DNA of 64,000 bases from the NCBI GenBank assembly GCA_052279835.1, contig CP181291.1, positions 2,304,001-2,368,000 on the forward strand. The letters run 5' to 3'. The notes below the pieces were generated by a model. That model was not told the origin of the DNA and did no database searches. It saw nothing but the letters and a program-made list of their open reading frames with translations. Source of the stretch: Microcoleus sp. GTDB taxonomy: Bacteria; Cyanobacteriota; Cyanobacteriia; Cyanobacteriales; Microcoleaceae. A program made the translations under genes and the position numbers. Of this stretch, positions 50,363 through 61,472 are shown piece after piece (position 1 is the first letter of the stretch; each line of letters opens with the position of its first letter).

Positions 50363-52714
50363 ATGTCAACCTTAGTTTTTGATACCCATAACTTGCCAAA
50401 AGAGGCGATCGACCCCCCACAGCAAGCGCAGGGTCGTGACACACTCTTGAATAGGGCGGTCAGGATGATTCAGACCCCAGACAGTTGTATTTTAATCGCT
50501 CAACAGCCACAATTGCTGGCTATGTTTAGAAAAAACGATATTGTAAAAACAATTGCTAGCAAAATACCTCTTTTAGATGTGGCTATTTCTGAGGTCATAA
50601 TTCACAAGCAAATCGTCCTTTCTCTCCCTGAATCTGCGGAAATAGATTTGACCAGCATCAAAATCGGCATAGTGGCTGGGAGGGTGCATCTCAATTTTGC
50701 AAATATATTCGTAGGGGCGAAGCATTCCGGCTATAAATCTCTGGTTATCACTAATAAATTTTCTGCCGGAATGCTTCGCCTATGCAAAATCGGGATGCTC
50801 CCGGCTGGCAGTTGCCCCCAGGGGTCATTCCAGATGGATGCCACATTCAGGTGGGCCTGGGACTTGGTGCAGCAGCAACCTATGGGGCGCTTGGTGGTAT
50901 ACGAGGCGACGGAATATTTAACCAAGCTTAGGATGCAAAGTACCTTGCAGCCAACCTTACAGCCAGCAGAAATGCAAGGGAAAGTCAAGGTTTTGCAGCC
51001 CATAGTTGCCGAAAAAAACCAGGAGTCGATCGCAGTGAACGAACAATTGCAAAAAGAAACGAGCCCAAGCCAAGAAATAGCAGAAGAGTTACGGCTGTTA
51101 AATGAAAATTTGGAAGCACAAATTAAGCAGCGAACTTTAGAATTAATCAGTGCCAACAATCAATTGAAAGCCGAAATACAAGAGCGTGCTGCCGCCGAAG
51201 CCGAAGTGCGACGTCTCAATGCCGAACTCGAACAACGAGTCCTGGAACGCACCGCTGAGCTAGCATTGAGCAACGAAAAATTGCAGCAAGAAATTAACGA
51301 TCGCCAATTGCTCGAAGCAAAGTTGCACTTTTCTGAAAATAAAGTCCGCGCCGTGTTTGAAGCGATGACAGACATCGTACTCGTCCTCGATAGCCAAGGG
51401 AATATAGAAGTTTTGCCGACAAATACGGCGGGGTTTGCCGAAGCAGATAGCGATATTGTCAGCCTCACCATAGAACATTTTTTTGATGACGAAAACCCCG
51501 ATGATTGGTGGATGTTAATTCAACAAGTTTTAGAGACGGAGCAAACACTTAATTTCGACTACAGCTTCACAGTGGGCGATCGCGAACTGTGGTTTACGGC
51601 TTGTATTTCTATGTTTTCCAAAGATGCGGTGATTTGGGTAGCCCGCAATATTAGCGATCGCAAACTAGCGGAGTCTGTTTTATCAAAAAGAAATGAAGAA
51701 CTCGCTAACACTCTTCAAGAACTCAAGCGCACCCAAAAAGAACTGGTTCAATCAGAAAAAATGGCTGCTTTGGGACAGCTAATAGCCGGAGTTGCTCACG
51801 AAATCAATTCTCCTCTGGGTGCAATTCGATCATCTGTGCAGAATATCGGCGAATTCTGGGCAGAAAATCTGGCTCAGTTACCAAAATTTTTCCAGCAACT
51901 GTCCCTAGAACGCCTGGAGGATTTCTTTGCTCTCCTAAACAGATCCAGTCAAGAACAAGATACATTATCTAGCAAAGAAAAACGTCAATTAAAAAAAGCA
52001 GTACAACGCCAGTTAGAAACCGAAGGAATTGAAAGCGCTGACAGCCTTGCTTGTACTTTATTGGATATCGGTATTGGCAGTGATATAGCACCTTTTTTAG
52101 ATTTATTTAAAGCTCCCGATAAACACCAAATTTTACAAACAGCTTATCAATTTGCTACAGTACAAAAAAGCACTAAAAATATCGCGACAGCGATAGATAG
52201 GGCGGCAAAAATAGTCTTTGCTTTAAAAAGCTACGCTCGCTATGACCAATCCGGGACTAAGGTCATCGCTAAAATCACCGACGGTATAGAAACTGTATTG
52301 ACCCTTTACCATTATCAAATCAAACACGGAGTAGAAGTAATTAGAAACTATGATACTAATTTACCTTCTGTGTTATGCTATCCTGATGAACTAAATCAAG
52401 TCTGGACAAATTTAGTTCACAATGCTTTACAAGCGATGGATAATAAAGGAGTGTTAAAAATTGATGTCAGGTACCGAAATAATGCAGTCTCAGTTAGCAT
52501 TACCGACAGTGGCAAAGGCATTCCCCCAGAAATTATGCCCCGAATTTTCGAGCCTTTCTTCACCACTAAACCTCCTGGGGAAGGTAGTGGCTTGGGATTG
52601 GATATAGTTCTGAAAATTATTGACAAACATGAAGGTAAACTGCAAGTAGAAAGTGTACCGGGTAAAACGACATTTAGTGTATCCTTACCAGTGTCCACCA
52701 CCGACGGTAATTAA
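50363..52714 (+). CDS. Sensor histidine kinase (degenerate CBS-like N-terminus, coiled coil, PAS, HisKA, HATPase)
   Basis: Motifs EKMAALGQLIAGVAHEINSPL, LNQVWTNLVHNA, DSG.GI, FFTTK..GEGSGLGL. Confidence 0.9.
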   Translation: MSTLVFDTHNLPKEAIDPPQQAQGRDTLLNRAVRMIQTPDSCILIAQQPQLLAMFRKNDIVKTIASKIPLLDVAISEVIIHKQIVLSLPESAEIDLTSIKIGIVAGRVHLNFANIFVGAKHSGYKSLVITNKFSAGMLRLCKIGMLPAGSCPQGSFQMDATFRWAWDLVQQQPMGRLVVYEATEYLTKLRMQSTLQPTLQPAEMQGKVKVLQPIVAEKNQESIAVNEQLQKETSPSQEIAEELRLLNENLEAQIKQRTLELISANNQLKAEIQERAAAEAEVRRLNAELEQRVLERTAELALSNEKLQQEINDRQLLEAKLHFSENKVRAVFEAMTDIVLVLDSQGNIEVLPTNTAGFAEADSDIVSLTIEHFFDDENPDDWWMLIQQVLETEQTLNFDYSFTVGDRELWFTACISMFSKDAVIWVARNISDRKLAESVLSKRNEELANTLQELKRTQKELVQSEKMAALGQLIAGVAHEINSPLGAIRSSVQNIGEFWAENLAQLPKFFQQLSLERLEDFFALLNRSSQEQDTLSSKEKRQLKKAVQRQLETEGIESADSLACTLLDIGIGSDIAPFLDLFKAPDKHQILQTAYQFATVQKSTKNIATAIDRAAKIVFALKSYARYDQSGTKVIAKITDGIETVLTLYHYQIKHGVEVIRNYDTNLPSVLCYPDELNQVWTNLVHNALQAMDNKGVLKIDVRYRNNAVSVSITDSGKGIPPEIMPRIFEPFFTTKPPGEGSGLGLDIVLKIIDKHEGKLQVESVPGKTTFSVSLPVSTTDGN
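50711..50784 (+). repeat. GTAG/REP-like hairpin inserted in frame within the kinase gene
   Basis: gtaggggcgaagcattccggc...gccggaatgcttcgcc; loop resembles those at 42615-42691 and 61295-61367. Confidence 0.8.
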
Positions 52715-52772
52715 GCAGCAAAACTTTCCGAGCAAATCCACAATTTTCATAAAATCACAGGGATAAAAATTT

Positions 52773-53174
52773 ATGGGAAAACCAGTAATTTTGTGTGTTG
52801 ACGATGAAACAGTTGTTTTAAACAGTTTAAAAATCCAATTAAAAAAAGAATTTGGGGATACTTACCTTTATGAAATAGCAGAAAATGCCGATGAAGCTAT
52901 GGAAATTATTCAGGAAATTGAAGAAGAAGCCGAAGCCAGTCATATTTTGGTAATCGTATCTGACTGGTTAATGCCCGGTATTAAAGGAGATGAATTTTTG
53001 ATAGATGTCCACAAAAAATATCCGAACATTGTGAAAGTCATCTTGACCGGTCAAGCCGATGCCTTAGCCATAGAACGGGTAAAAAAACAAGCAAATTTGC
53101 ACCGATGTTTATATAAACCCTGGGATGGCAAAGAATTAGTAGAAACAATAAAATCTGGTTTAGCAAAAGCATGA
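52773..53174 (+). CDS. Single-domain response regulator
   Basis: Motifs ILCVDDE, IVSDWLMPG, LTGQ, KPW. Confidence 0.93.
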   Translation: MGKPVILCVDDETVVLNSLKIQLKKEFGDTYLYEIAENADEAMEIIQEIEEEAEASHILVIVSDWLMPGIKGDEFLIDVHKKYPNIVKVILTGQADALAIERVKKQANLHRCLYKPWDGKELVETIKSGLAKA

Positions 53175-56100
53175 ACAACAAACCTGTGATTATTTGTGTC
53201 GATGACGAACCTATAATCCTTGAAAGTTTAAAGATTGAGTTAAAAAAAGCCCTCGGAGAAGAACATTTATTAGAAACTGCTGAAGGTGGCGAAGACGCTT
53301 TGGAATTGGCCGAGGAACTGCTTGCAGAGGGAAGTGAAATTGTGGCGGTGATTTCCGACTATTTGATGCCTAATATCAAAGGGGACGAGTTACTAAAACA
53401 GATTCACCGCATTTCACCAAAAACTATCAAAATTATGCTGACAGGACAAGCAGACCTGGAAGCAGTAGCGAATACTATTAAACACGCCAAATTGTACCGC
53501 TACATAGCGAAACCTTGGCAGTCAGAAGACTTGAAGTTGACCGTAAAAGAAGCGATTAATAGCTATTTTATGGAAAAACAATTAGCGGAACAAAACACTA
53601 AACTACAAAAATTAAATCAAGAATTAGAAAGTTTAGTAGAAGAACGGACTACACAATTGCGCTTTTCGGAAGAAAAGTTTGCTAAAGCTTTTCGTTCTTC
53701 TCCTAATCCAATTACGATTACTAGACTTAAAGATGGCAGCCACCTAGAAATAAATGATGCTTTTTGCCAAACCATAGGTTATTCGGCAGCCGAAATAATT
53801 GGTAAAACTGCTCTTGACTTGAATATTTGGGTCAGCCAAGAAGCTAGGAAAAAACTGTTTTTGATGTTAAAAGAAAAAGAAATAGTGCGTAACTATGAAT
53901 TTAATTTTAGAACTAAAAACGGCGAAATAAGGACGGCTTTATTGTCAGCAGAAATTATTGAAATTAATAACGAAACTTGCGTAATTTCTGTCAGTCAGGA
54001 TATTAGCGATCGCAAATTAGCAGAAGAAAAACTCCGGGCTTTAGCTACTTCTCTCGCCGCAGCCCAAAGACTGGCCCACGTCGGCAATTGGGAATGGGAT
54101 TTGTCCACAAACACAACTATTTGGTCCGAAGAATTATCCCGCATTTTTGGTCTGGATTCAAGCCAGCCAGCACCCACAGTAGCTGAGTTTGCTCAATACG
54201 TTCATCCAGACGATCTAGAAAAGTGGCAAAGCAGCATCAATGCTGCGATGACTACTGGGGAACCATACACGTTGGAATATCGAATTTTGCAGCCGGAATC
54301 AATAATTACCGATGGTAATTTACCTTCCCAAACCAATCAAGGAAGCTTCATTCGCTACATCGAAGCCAGAGGAGAACCAGTGGTAAACCCGCAAGGAGAA
54401 GTGACAAAGATCTTCACAACATTGATGGATATTACTCTGCGCAAGTTGGCAGAAATAGCCCTGGTTGAAAGTGAAGAAAAATATCGGCACTTAGTCGAAA
54501 CTTCGCAAGATATCATTTGGTCTTGCGATGCGACAGGACACCTTACTTTTGTAAATCAAGCGGTAAAACAGATTTATGGTTATGAACCTGAAGAAATGAT
54601 TGGTTGTTCTTTTAGCGATTTTTTTGCACCGGAATCAACAGCTCCCGATCTGGAACTTCAGCAGTATTTATTGACTGGTAATTCAGTATTTCAGTATGAA
54701 AGTATTGTATTAGGTAAAGATGGCAGAATAATTGATATAAATACCAAGGCGATCGCCCATTTAAACTCCGAAGGAAATGTCATGGGTGCGACAGGTACTG
54801 CCAGTGATATTACGGAAAGAAAACAAGCAGAAATAACTTTGCGGCAAGCCAAAGAAGAAGCGGACAGAGCAAATAAAGCTAAAAGTGAGTTTCTCTCGAA
54901 TATGAGTCATGAATTGCGTACTCCTCTCAACGCGATTCTGGGTTTCAGTCAACTGCTATCTCGCGACACAGGCTTGGGTGAAGAGCAACAGCAATACTTA
55001 AGTATTATCATCCGCAGCGCCGAACATTTGCTGATTTTAATTAATAATATTTTGCAAATGTCAAAAATTGAAGTGGGGCTGGTGACAGTTAACAACAGCA
55101 CTTTCGATCTGCAAAAAATGCTGAATAATACAGAAGAAATGCTGAAAATGCAAGCACAAAAAAAAGGATTGCAGTTAATTTTTGATTGTGCACCTAATTT
55201 GCCTAAATATATAGAAACCGACGAAAGTAAATTGCGTCAGATTTTGATTAATATTATTGGTAATGCCCTCAAGTTTACCTCGGAGGGTGGGGTGAATTTA
55301 AGGATTAAACATGAAATATTAAACAGCGAGCATACACTTAATAATTCACCACAGATTAATGATTGCTGTTTGCTATTTGAAGTAGAGGACACTGGACCGG
55401 GAATTTCTCCTGAAGAGATGGAGAGTTTATTTAAACCTTTTGCACAAACTGAAAGCGGGAGAAAAGCTCAAGAAGGAACTGGTTTGGGCTTGCCAATCAG
55501 CAAACAGTTTGTGAATTTAATGGGAGGGGAAATGAGTGTGGTGAGCACTGTGGGTGAGGGCAGCATTTTTAAGTTTGATATTAAAGTTTCTCTCCCTGAT
55601 ACAGTGGAAATTCAGATAACCCAAACAGCTCGTCGTGTCGTCGGTATTGAGCCGGAACAGCCGGAATACCGAATTTTGGCTGTTGACGATCGCCTGGAAA
55701 GTCGCTTATTGCTAGTGAGAATGCTTTCATCTTTGGGTTTTGCGGTTCGGGAAGCGGAAAATGGGGTTCAGGCGATCGAGGTTTGGTCGAGTTGGGAACC
55801 TCATCTGATTTGGATGGATATGCGGATGCCCGTGATGGATGGTTATGAAGCTACGAAACGGATCAAAGCGCATTTGAAAGGTCAAGCCACCGTAATTATT
55901 GCTTTGACGGCTAGTGCTTTTGATGAGGAGCGATCGGTGATTTTGTCTGTGGGTTGCGATGATTTTGTCGCGAAGCCTTTTCGAGAGCAAGTGATTCTGG
56001 AAAAGATGGCAAAATATCTGGGAGTCCGCTATGTTTACGATCGCGAACTTGCGGGTAATTCTCACGGTAGCCAGTCTGCTGGGGGTTTGTTTAGTGGCGA

Positions 56101-56356
56101 AATGGGTGAAAATGAAAATATGGGAACAGCGGATTTACCTTTTATGCTGAGTGCTTCGTCCTTTGAAGTGATGCCTGGTGAATGGATTGATGAATTGTAT
56201 GAGGCGGCGGAAGAAGTAGACAATGATTGGATTTTCCGGTTAATTTTGGCGATTCCTCCTATTCATGCTAATTTCGGCAGCGCGATCGCAGAACTGGCTA
56301 ATAACTTCCGGTGCGATCGGATTATTGATTTAATTGAAGAATTGAGAAATTATTAA
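53171..56356 (+). CDS. Hybrid histidine kinase (REC-PAS x3-HisKA-HATPase-REC)
   Basis: Motifs ISDYLMP, three PAS/PAC, MSHELRTPLN, GNALKFT, GTGLGL, IWMDMRMP. Confidence 0.93.
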   Translation: MNNKPVIICVDDEPIILESLKIELKKALGEEHLLETAEGGEDALELAEELLAEGSEIVAVISDYLMPNIKGDELLKQIHRISPKTIKIMLTGQADLEAVANTIKHAKLYRYIAKPWQSEDLKLTVKEAINSYFMEKQLAEQNTKLQKLNQELESLVEERTTQLRFSEEKFAKAFRSSPNPITITRLKDGSHLEINDAFCQTIGYSAAEIIGKTALDLNIWVSQEARKKLFLMLKEKEIVRNYEFNFRTKNGEIRTALLSAEIIEINNETCVISVSQDISDRKLAEEKLRALATSLAAAQRLAHVGNWEWDLSTNTTIWSEELSRIFGLDSSQPAPTVAEFAQYVHPDDLEKWQSSINAAMTTGEPYTLEYRILQPESIITDGNLPSQTNQGSFIRYIEARGEPVVNPQGEVTKIFTTLMDITLRKLAEIALVESEEKYRHLVETSQDIIWSCDATGHLTFVNQAVKQIYGYEPEEMIGCSFSDFFAPESTAPDLELQQYLLTGNSVFQYESIVLGKDGRIIDINTKAIAHLNSEGNVMGATGTASDITERKQAEITLRQAKEEADRANKAKSEFLSNMSHELRTPLNAILGFSQLLSRDTGLGEEQQQYLSIIIRSAEHLLILINNILQMSKIEVGLVTVNNSTFDLQKMLNNTEEMLKMQAQKKGLQLIFDCAPNLPKYIETDESKLRQILINIIGNALKFTSEGGVNLRIKHEILNSEHTLNNSPQINDCCLLFEVEDTGPGISPEEMESLFKPFAQTESGRKAQEGTGLGLPISKQFVNLMGGEMSVVSTVGEGSIFKFDIKVSLPDTVEIQITQTARRVVGIEPEQPEYRILAVDDRLESRLLLVRMLSSLGFAVREAENGVQAIEVWSSWEPHLIWMDMRMPVMDGYEATKRIKAHLKGQATVIIALTASAFDEERSVILSVGCDDFVAKPFREQVILEKMAKYLGVRYVYDRELAGNSHGSQSAGGLFSGEMGENENMGTADLPFMLSASSFEVMPGEWIDELYEAAEEVDNDWIFRLILAIPPIHANFGSAIAELANNFRCDRIIDLIEELRNY

Positions 56357-56450
56357 AATTATAAATATGCCAGAATAATTACAGCTTGTGCTATGATATC
56401 CAATTGATACTTTTTTATATTGGCAATTACATAACAAAAATCAACAATCG

Positions 56451-58391
56451 ATGACTCAAAATATTACCAAAGAGAATAGAGGCAACATATTAATTGTTGA
56501 CGACACTCCAGAAAATTTGCAAGTTTTATCAGCCACACTGTTAGAGCGCGGATATAAAGTTCGGGGCGTAATCAATGGTAAAATGGCAATTAGAGCTGCC
56601 AAATCTGGTTCTCCCGATCTAATTTTACTCGATATCAAAATGCCGGAGATGAACGGCTACGAAGTCTGTGCCAAACTCAAAGCCGATGGGCAAACATCAG
56701 AAATTCCTATTATTTTTATTAGCGCTTTAGATGAAGTTTTAGATAAAGTAAAAGCCTTTCAAATTGGTGGAGTGGATTATATAACCAAACCATTTCAGGT
56801 AGAAGAAGTTTTAGCAAGAGTTGAACACCAACTGACTATAAAAAGATTACAAAAAGAACTAATCGCTCGCAATAATCAACTACAACAAGAAATAGTTGAA
56901 CGCAAAAAAGCAGAAGAACAAGCAGCCGCAGCTTCTCAAGCAAAAAGTCAATTTGTTGCCAATATGAGCCACGAATTAAGGACTCCCCTGAATGCGATTC
57001 TGGGTTTTAGTCAAGTAATGAGTCGTGATTCTTTACTGAGTAATGAAAATATCGAAAATCTCAGAATTATTAACCGTAGCGGTCAACATTTGCTGGAATT
57101 AATTAATGATGTTTTAGACTTGTCAAAAATTGAAGCTGGGATAGTTGCCTTAGATGAAAGTAGTTTTGATTTGTATCAAGTCTTAGACACTTTGGAAGAG
57201 ATGTTTCAAATCAAAGCGGAAACTAAGAATTTGCACCTCAAATTTTCCGTGCAATCCCAGGTTCCCCAATATATTAAAACCGATGAAAAAAAACTGCGCG
57301 TCTGCTTAATTAATCTGCTGGGAAATTCCATAAAATTTACTGAAAACGGTGGTGAAATTTTGCTAAGAGTGGGTCTGGAAACAGTTCCATTCCAGTCAGA
57401 AGAAACAGAAATTGATTCTAACTCGATTTCCAACGAACGATGTGTAATATTTTTTGAGGTTCAAGACACGGGAGTTGGCATAGCAGCCGAAGAAATGGAG
57501 ACTTTATTTAATGCTTTTGTGCAAACTGAAGCGGGGAAAAAAGCTGCTGACGGCACGGGTTTGGGTTTAAATATTACCAAAAAATACGTGGAAATTATGG
57601 GGGGTAATATTGAAGTAAGTAGTATTTTAGGTGAGGGAACTACTTTTAAATTTAATATTAAACTATGTGCGGTGGCTCCCTCAGAAGTAAATATCACAAG
57701 ATTGCAACGGGTGCTGGGGCTAGAACCAGAGCAGCCAATTTATCGAATTTTAGCAGTGGATGATAATACTGAAAATCGGCTGCTGCTAATTAAAATGCTC
57801 GCACCCATTGGCTTTGAAGTCAGAGAAGCTGAAAATGGTAGACAAGCAATTGAAATCTGGGAAAGTTGGCAGCCGGATTTAATCTGGCTGGATACGCGAA
57901 TGCCAGTAATGAATGGTTTTGAAACTGTGGCAGAAATTAGAGCTAGGGAGACAAATACTCGATCGCATACTGTAGTTATTGCTCTGACTGCTAGCATTTT
58001 TGAGGAAAGAAGAGGCGAAATTATCGCAGCAGGCTGCGACGATTTTGTGCGTAAACCTTTTCAAGAACAAATCATTTTTGACAAGATTGCTCACTATTTG
58101 GGAGTGCGCTATATTTATCAAGAGTTGTCTGTACCTTTTGGGGTGGGAGGGAGGCGTTATTTGAACGGCGAAAAACCCGATTCATTTTTTTTACCACTGT
58201 TGGCAGAGATGCCTAAAAGTTGGTTAGAGGAACTGGACGAAGCTGCTAATGATGTTAATGAAGAGTTGGTGATTCAAGTTGTCGATCGCATTTCCGAAAG
58301 TCATCCAACTTTAGCTAATGCTTTAAAAGATTTACTTGAGGATTACCGACTTGACAGAATAGTGAATTTAACTCAATCAATTTTAGAATAA
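56451..58391 (+). CDS. Hybrid histidine kinase (REC-HisKA-HATPase-REC)
   Basis: Motifs ILLDIKMP, MSHELRTPLN, DTGVGI, GTGLGL, IWLDTRMP. Confidence 0.93.
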   Translation: MTQNITKENRGNILIVDDTPENLQVLSATLLERGYKVRGVINGKMAIRAAKSGSPDLILLDIKMPEMNGYEVCAKLKADGQTSEIPIIFISALDEVLDKVKAFQIGGVDYITKPFQVEEVLARVEHQLTIKRLQKELIARNNQLQQEIVERKKAEEQAAAASQAKSQFVANMSHELRTPLNAILGFSQVMSRDSLLSNENIENLRIINRSGQHLLELINDVLDLSKIEAGIVALDESSFDLYQVLDTLEEMFQIKAETKNLHLKFSVQSQVPQYIKTDEKKLRVCLINLLGNSIKFTENGGEILLRVGLETVPFQSEETEIDSNSISNERCVIFFEVQDTGVGIAAEEMETLFNAFVQTEAGKKAADGTGLGLNITKKYVEIMGGNIEVSSILGEGTTFKFNIKLCAVAPSEVNITRLQRVLGLEPEQPIYRILAVDDNTENRLLLIKMLAPIGFEVREAENGRQAIEIWESWQPDLIWLDTRMPVMNGFETVAEIRARETNTRSHTVVIALTASIFEERRGEIIAAGCDDFVRKPFQEQIIFDKIAHYLGVRYIYQELSVPFGVGGRRYLNGEKPDSFFLPLLAEMPKSWLEELDEAANDVNEELVIQVVDRISESHPTLANALKDLLEDYRLDRIVNLTQSILE

Positions 58392-60275
58392 ATGGATAAT
58401 AGCGGAATTAAAATATTGATGGTTGACGATCAACCGATTAATCTGCGTTTTTTATCTAATTTACTAAGCTCTCATGGCTATCAAGTTTACAGAGCTATTT
58501 CTGGACAACTAGCTTTGAATGCTGCCATCGCCTATGCTCCTGATTTGATTTTGTTGGATATCCGAATGCCAGAAATGGACGGATATGAAGTCTGTGAGAG
58601 GCTAAAAAAAATACCAGAAACAGCGCAGATTCCGGTGATTTTTTTAAGCGTGTTAGATGATATTAACGATAAAATAGAAGCTTTTCGAGTGGGCGGATTA
58701 GACTACATTACTAAACCTTTTCAAGTGGAAGAAATTTTAGCAAGAATCGAAAAGCAAATTGATTTACAAAAACTGCAACAGCAATTAAAAAAGCAAAATG
58801 TTCAACTGCAACAGTCGCAATTATTGCTAGCAAGCGTCTTGAATAGTTCCCTAGACGGTGTGGTAGCTTTTTCTGCTGTTCGCAACAGTCAGGGAAATAT
58901 TGTTGATTTCAAATGGATTTTGCTGAACCGGGCTGCGGAAAAAATGCTGAGTATGGTGTCCCCAAATTTAATAGGAAAGTATTTGTTAGAACAAATTCCT
59001 CAAGTCGGCAAAAATGGTCTATTTGATCTTTACGTTTCTGTGGTAGAAACAGGAGAAACAGTAGAGCGAGAATTTTATTACGAACACAATCGCAAATTCA
59101 GTGCTTGGCTGCACATTGTGGCTGTCAAATTAAATGACGGTTTGGCTGTCACATTTCGGGATATTAGCGGACGAAAACGATCGGAAGCAGCCCTTCGCGC
59201 CAGCGAAGCTCGCTTTCTGGCCATGACTCAAGTCTCCTCAGATATGATTACTCTAGCGGATGCAAATTGTCATGTGATCTATCAAAGTTCAGCCGTAGAA
59301 AGAGTTTTGGGCTATTCTCCCGCAGAATTTATGGGTAAAATGCCTTTGCAAGTGCTGCACCCTGATGATTTGGCTTCCCAAAAAGAGGCAATTGCTTGGA
59401 TGCGAGCAAATCCGGGTATTTCTAAACTTATGGAATATCGGTTGCGGCACAAAAATGGTAATTGGGTATGGCTAGAGGCAGTTGCTACTAACTGGCTTGA
59501 GGATGCTGATATTGGTGCTTTTGTGGTACTCACCCGCGATATTAGCGAACGCAAACAAGCAGAAATTACTCTCACTCGCTATGCTCAAGAATTAAGTCGA
59601 TCTAATGCAGAATTACAACAGTTTGCTTATATTGCTTCCCATGATTTGCAAGCACCTTTGGGAACGATTTCGGGTTACGCTAAATTATTAGAAAGGCGCT
59701 GTCAAGACCAATTTGATTCTCAAACTTATAAATTTATTAGTAATATAATTAGTTCTTGTACAAGGATGCAAAACTTGATTGATGATTTACTGGAATATTC
59801 ACGAATTGGCAGAAGCCAGAAACCTTTTGGGTTGACTGATTGCAATTTAGTTTTTGAGGATGCTTGTGCTAATTTGCAGTGGGCTATTCGTAAGAATCAA
59901 GCTATTGTTAGTAGGGCGGATTTGCCGATGGTTGTGGCTGATAGTTGTCAATTAGTGCAACTATTTCAGAATTTAATTGGCAATGCTATTAAGTACCGGG
60001 GGGGCGATCGACCGATGGTTCACGTAAGTGTTTCCCGACAGGGGGATAACTGGCTGTTTTCTGTAGAGGACAACGGTATTGGTATTGCAGAACAGTATCA
60101 GGAGAGTATTTTTCAGATTTTTCAGCGCTTGCATACTCAAAAAAACTATTCGGGAACGGGTATTGGTTTGGCGATTTGTAAAAAAATTGTCGATCGCCAC
60201 GGCGGTCGAATTTGGGTGCAATCAGCACCCAATCGAGGAGCGATTTTTTATTTTTGTCTTCCTGTAGGGGAGTGA
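58392..60275 (+). CDS. REC-PAS-PAS histidine kinase (Cph1-like transmitter)
   Basis: Motifs ILLDIRMP, RSNAELQQFAYIASHDLQAPL, FQNLIGNAIKY, FQRLHT, GTGIGLA. Confidence 0.93.
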   Translation: MDNSGIKILMVDDQPINLRFLSNLLSSHGYQVYRAISGQLALNAAIAYAPDLILLDIRMPEMDGYEVCERLKKIPETAQIPVIFLSVLDDINDKIEAFRVGGLDYITKPFQVEEILARIEKQIDLQKLQQQLKKQNVQLQQSQLLLASVLNSSLDGVVAFSAVRNSQGNIVDFKWILLNRAAEKMLSMVSPNLIGKYLLEQIPQVGKNGLFDLYVSVVETGETVEREFYYEHNRKFSAWLHIVAVKLNDGLAVTFRDISGRKRSEAALRASEARFLAMTQVSSDMITLADANCHVIYQSSAVERVLGYSPAEFMGKMPLQVLHPDDLASQKEAIAWMRANPGISKLMEYRLRHKNGNWVWLEAVATNWLEDADIGAFVVLTRDISERKQAEITLTRYAQELSRSNAELQQFAYIASHDLQAPLGTISGYAKLLERRCQDQFDSQTYKFISNIISSCTRMQNLIDDLLEYSRIGRSQKPFGLTDCNLVFEDACANLQWAIRKNQAIVSRADLPMVVADSCQLVQLFQNLIGNAIKYRGGDRPMVHVSVSRQGDNWLFSVEDNGIGIAEQYQESIFQIFQRLHTQKNYSGTGIGLAICKKIVDRHGGRIWVQSAPNRGAIFYFCLPVGE

Positions 60276-60830
60276 AGGTAGAAGTTATAAGCTATAAGCT
60301 ATAAGCTGCTGCGGTTTGGCTCCCCTTAAAAATCCGGATGGAGGAAGCAACAGAAAGGAAATAGTAATTTATTTAGTGATTTTGGGGGATTATTTATATT
60401 TACTTTACATAACTGTGATAAAAATGTAGCATATTTACTGATGACAAAAAACAAATAAAGAACTCATAATCAATTTATTAACTCAAATCTTGTAAAAGTT
60501 CAAAATCAGCGGTGCACGGCAGAATTTTAAATTTATTTCAACTGTATCGAGAGTATCTTACTTTCCCCTACAGTAATTTAGAGTATATTTCGGTGGTAAG
60601 CCTTGGCGATAGTTCTAGTTGTCTGGGTTGTGCATTTTTTAAAGAAATGCTAAGTGAAACAAGCATTAATGACAAAGGTTTGCCTGCAAGGCAAACAAAA
60701 GAATTTTTGCTACACACACTCAGCCTGGTTGGTCAAACCAGCAAAATTAGGACAACAGATATTGGCATATCCTCGGATATTTGTGCAATTTATACCAGGT
60801 CACAGCATTCGTTGGTAGTGAGTCAAAGCA

Positions 60831-61286
60831 GTGAATAATCAAAACAAAACATTCACTATTTTAATGGCTAATGATGACGAAGATACCCGCTTTTTCGTGC
60901 AGGAATCACTCCGAGAGATTCCCATAGCAATTAGAATCGAATTTGTGGAAAATGGGGAACAAATGCTAGACTATTTATACTGTCGCGGCTCCTATGCTGA
61001 GGCGAGCAATGGGCCCTTCCCCGACCTGATACTTTTAGATCTGAATATGCCGAGGCTTGACGGGCCAGAAGCGCTAACTTTGATTAGATCGGACCCCGAC
61101 TTGCAACATCTCCCGGTCGTGATACTGACTACATCGCAAAGCAGCGGAGATATTTTGCTTTGTTACCGCTTGGGTGCGAATTCTTTCATATCCAAACCAG
61201 TGACTTTTGAAGGATTGGTTGAAGTAATGAAGACTTTGTGTCAGTATTGGTTTGAAATCGTTTCGCTCCCGTCGGAGGCTCTATAA
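60831..61286 (+). CDS. Rcp1-like single-domain response regulator
   Basis: Motifs PDLILLDLNMPR, PVVILTTS, YRLGANSFISKP, YWF..V.LP. Confidence 0.9.
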   Translation: MNNQNKTFTILMANDDEDTRFFVQESLREIPIAIRIEFVENGEQMLDYLYCRGSYAEASNGPFPDLILLDLNMPRLDGPEALTLIRSDPDLQHLPVVILTTSQSSGDILLCYRLGANSFISKPVTFEGLVEVMKTLCQYWFEIVSLPSEAL

Positions 61287-61294
61287 GCTAAGTT

Positions 61295-61367
61295 GTAGGG
61301 GTAAGGATTCGGGGAATTAATCTCTGAGTAAAGCCCAAAGTTTTCTGCCCCCATCCAATTTTCCCTA
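61295..61367. repeat. Degenerate GTAG/REP-like hairpin
   Basis: gtaggggtaaggattcgggg...ttttctgcccccat; same family as the copies at 50711 and 42615. Confidence 0.55.
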
Positions 61368-61472
61368 GGGGAGGTTTCCAAAAATGAGATGGTTTCTATT
61401 GCTAGTGGCTATGTCGGTTATTAGTTAGAATTTCTAAATAGTTGTTGTCAACCCGCTCGAATTGCTATAGTT

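Noticed and set aside
60512..60838. 108-aa ORF upstream of the Rcp1-like regulator
   Set aside because: GTG start, no recognisable motif or RBS; probably promoter/UTR sequence.
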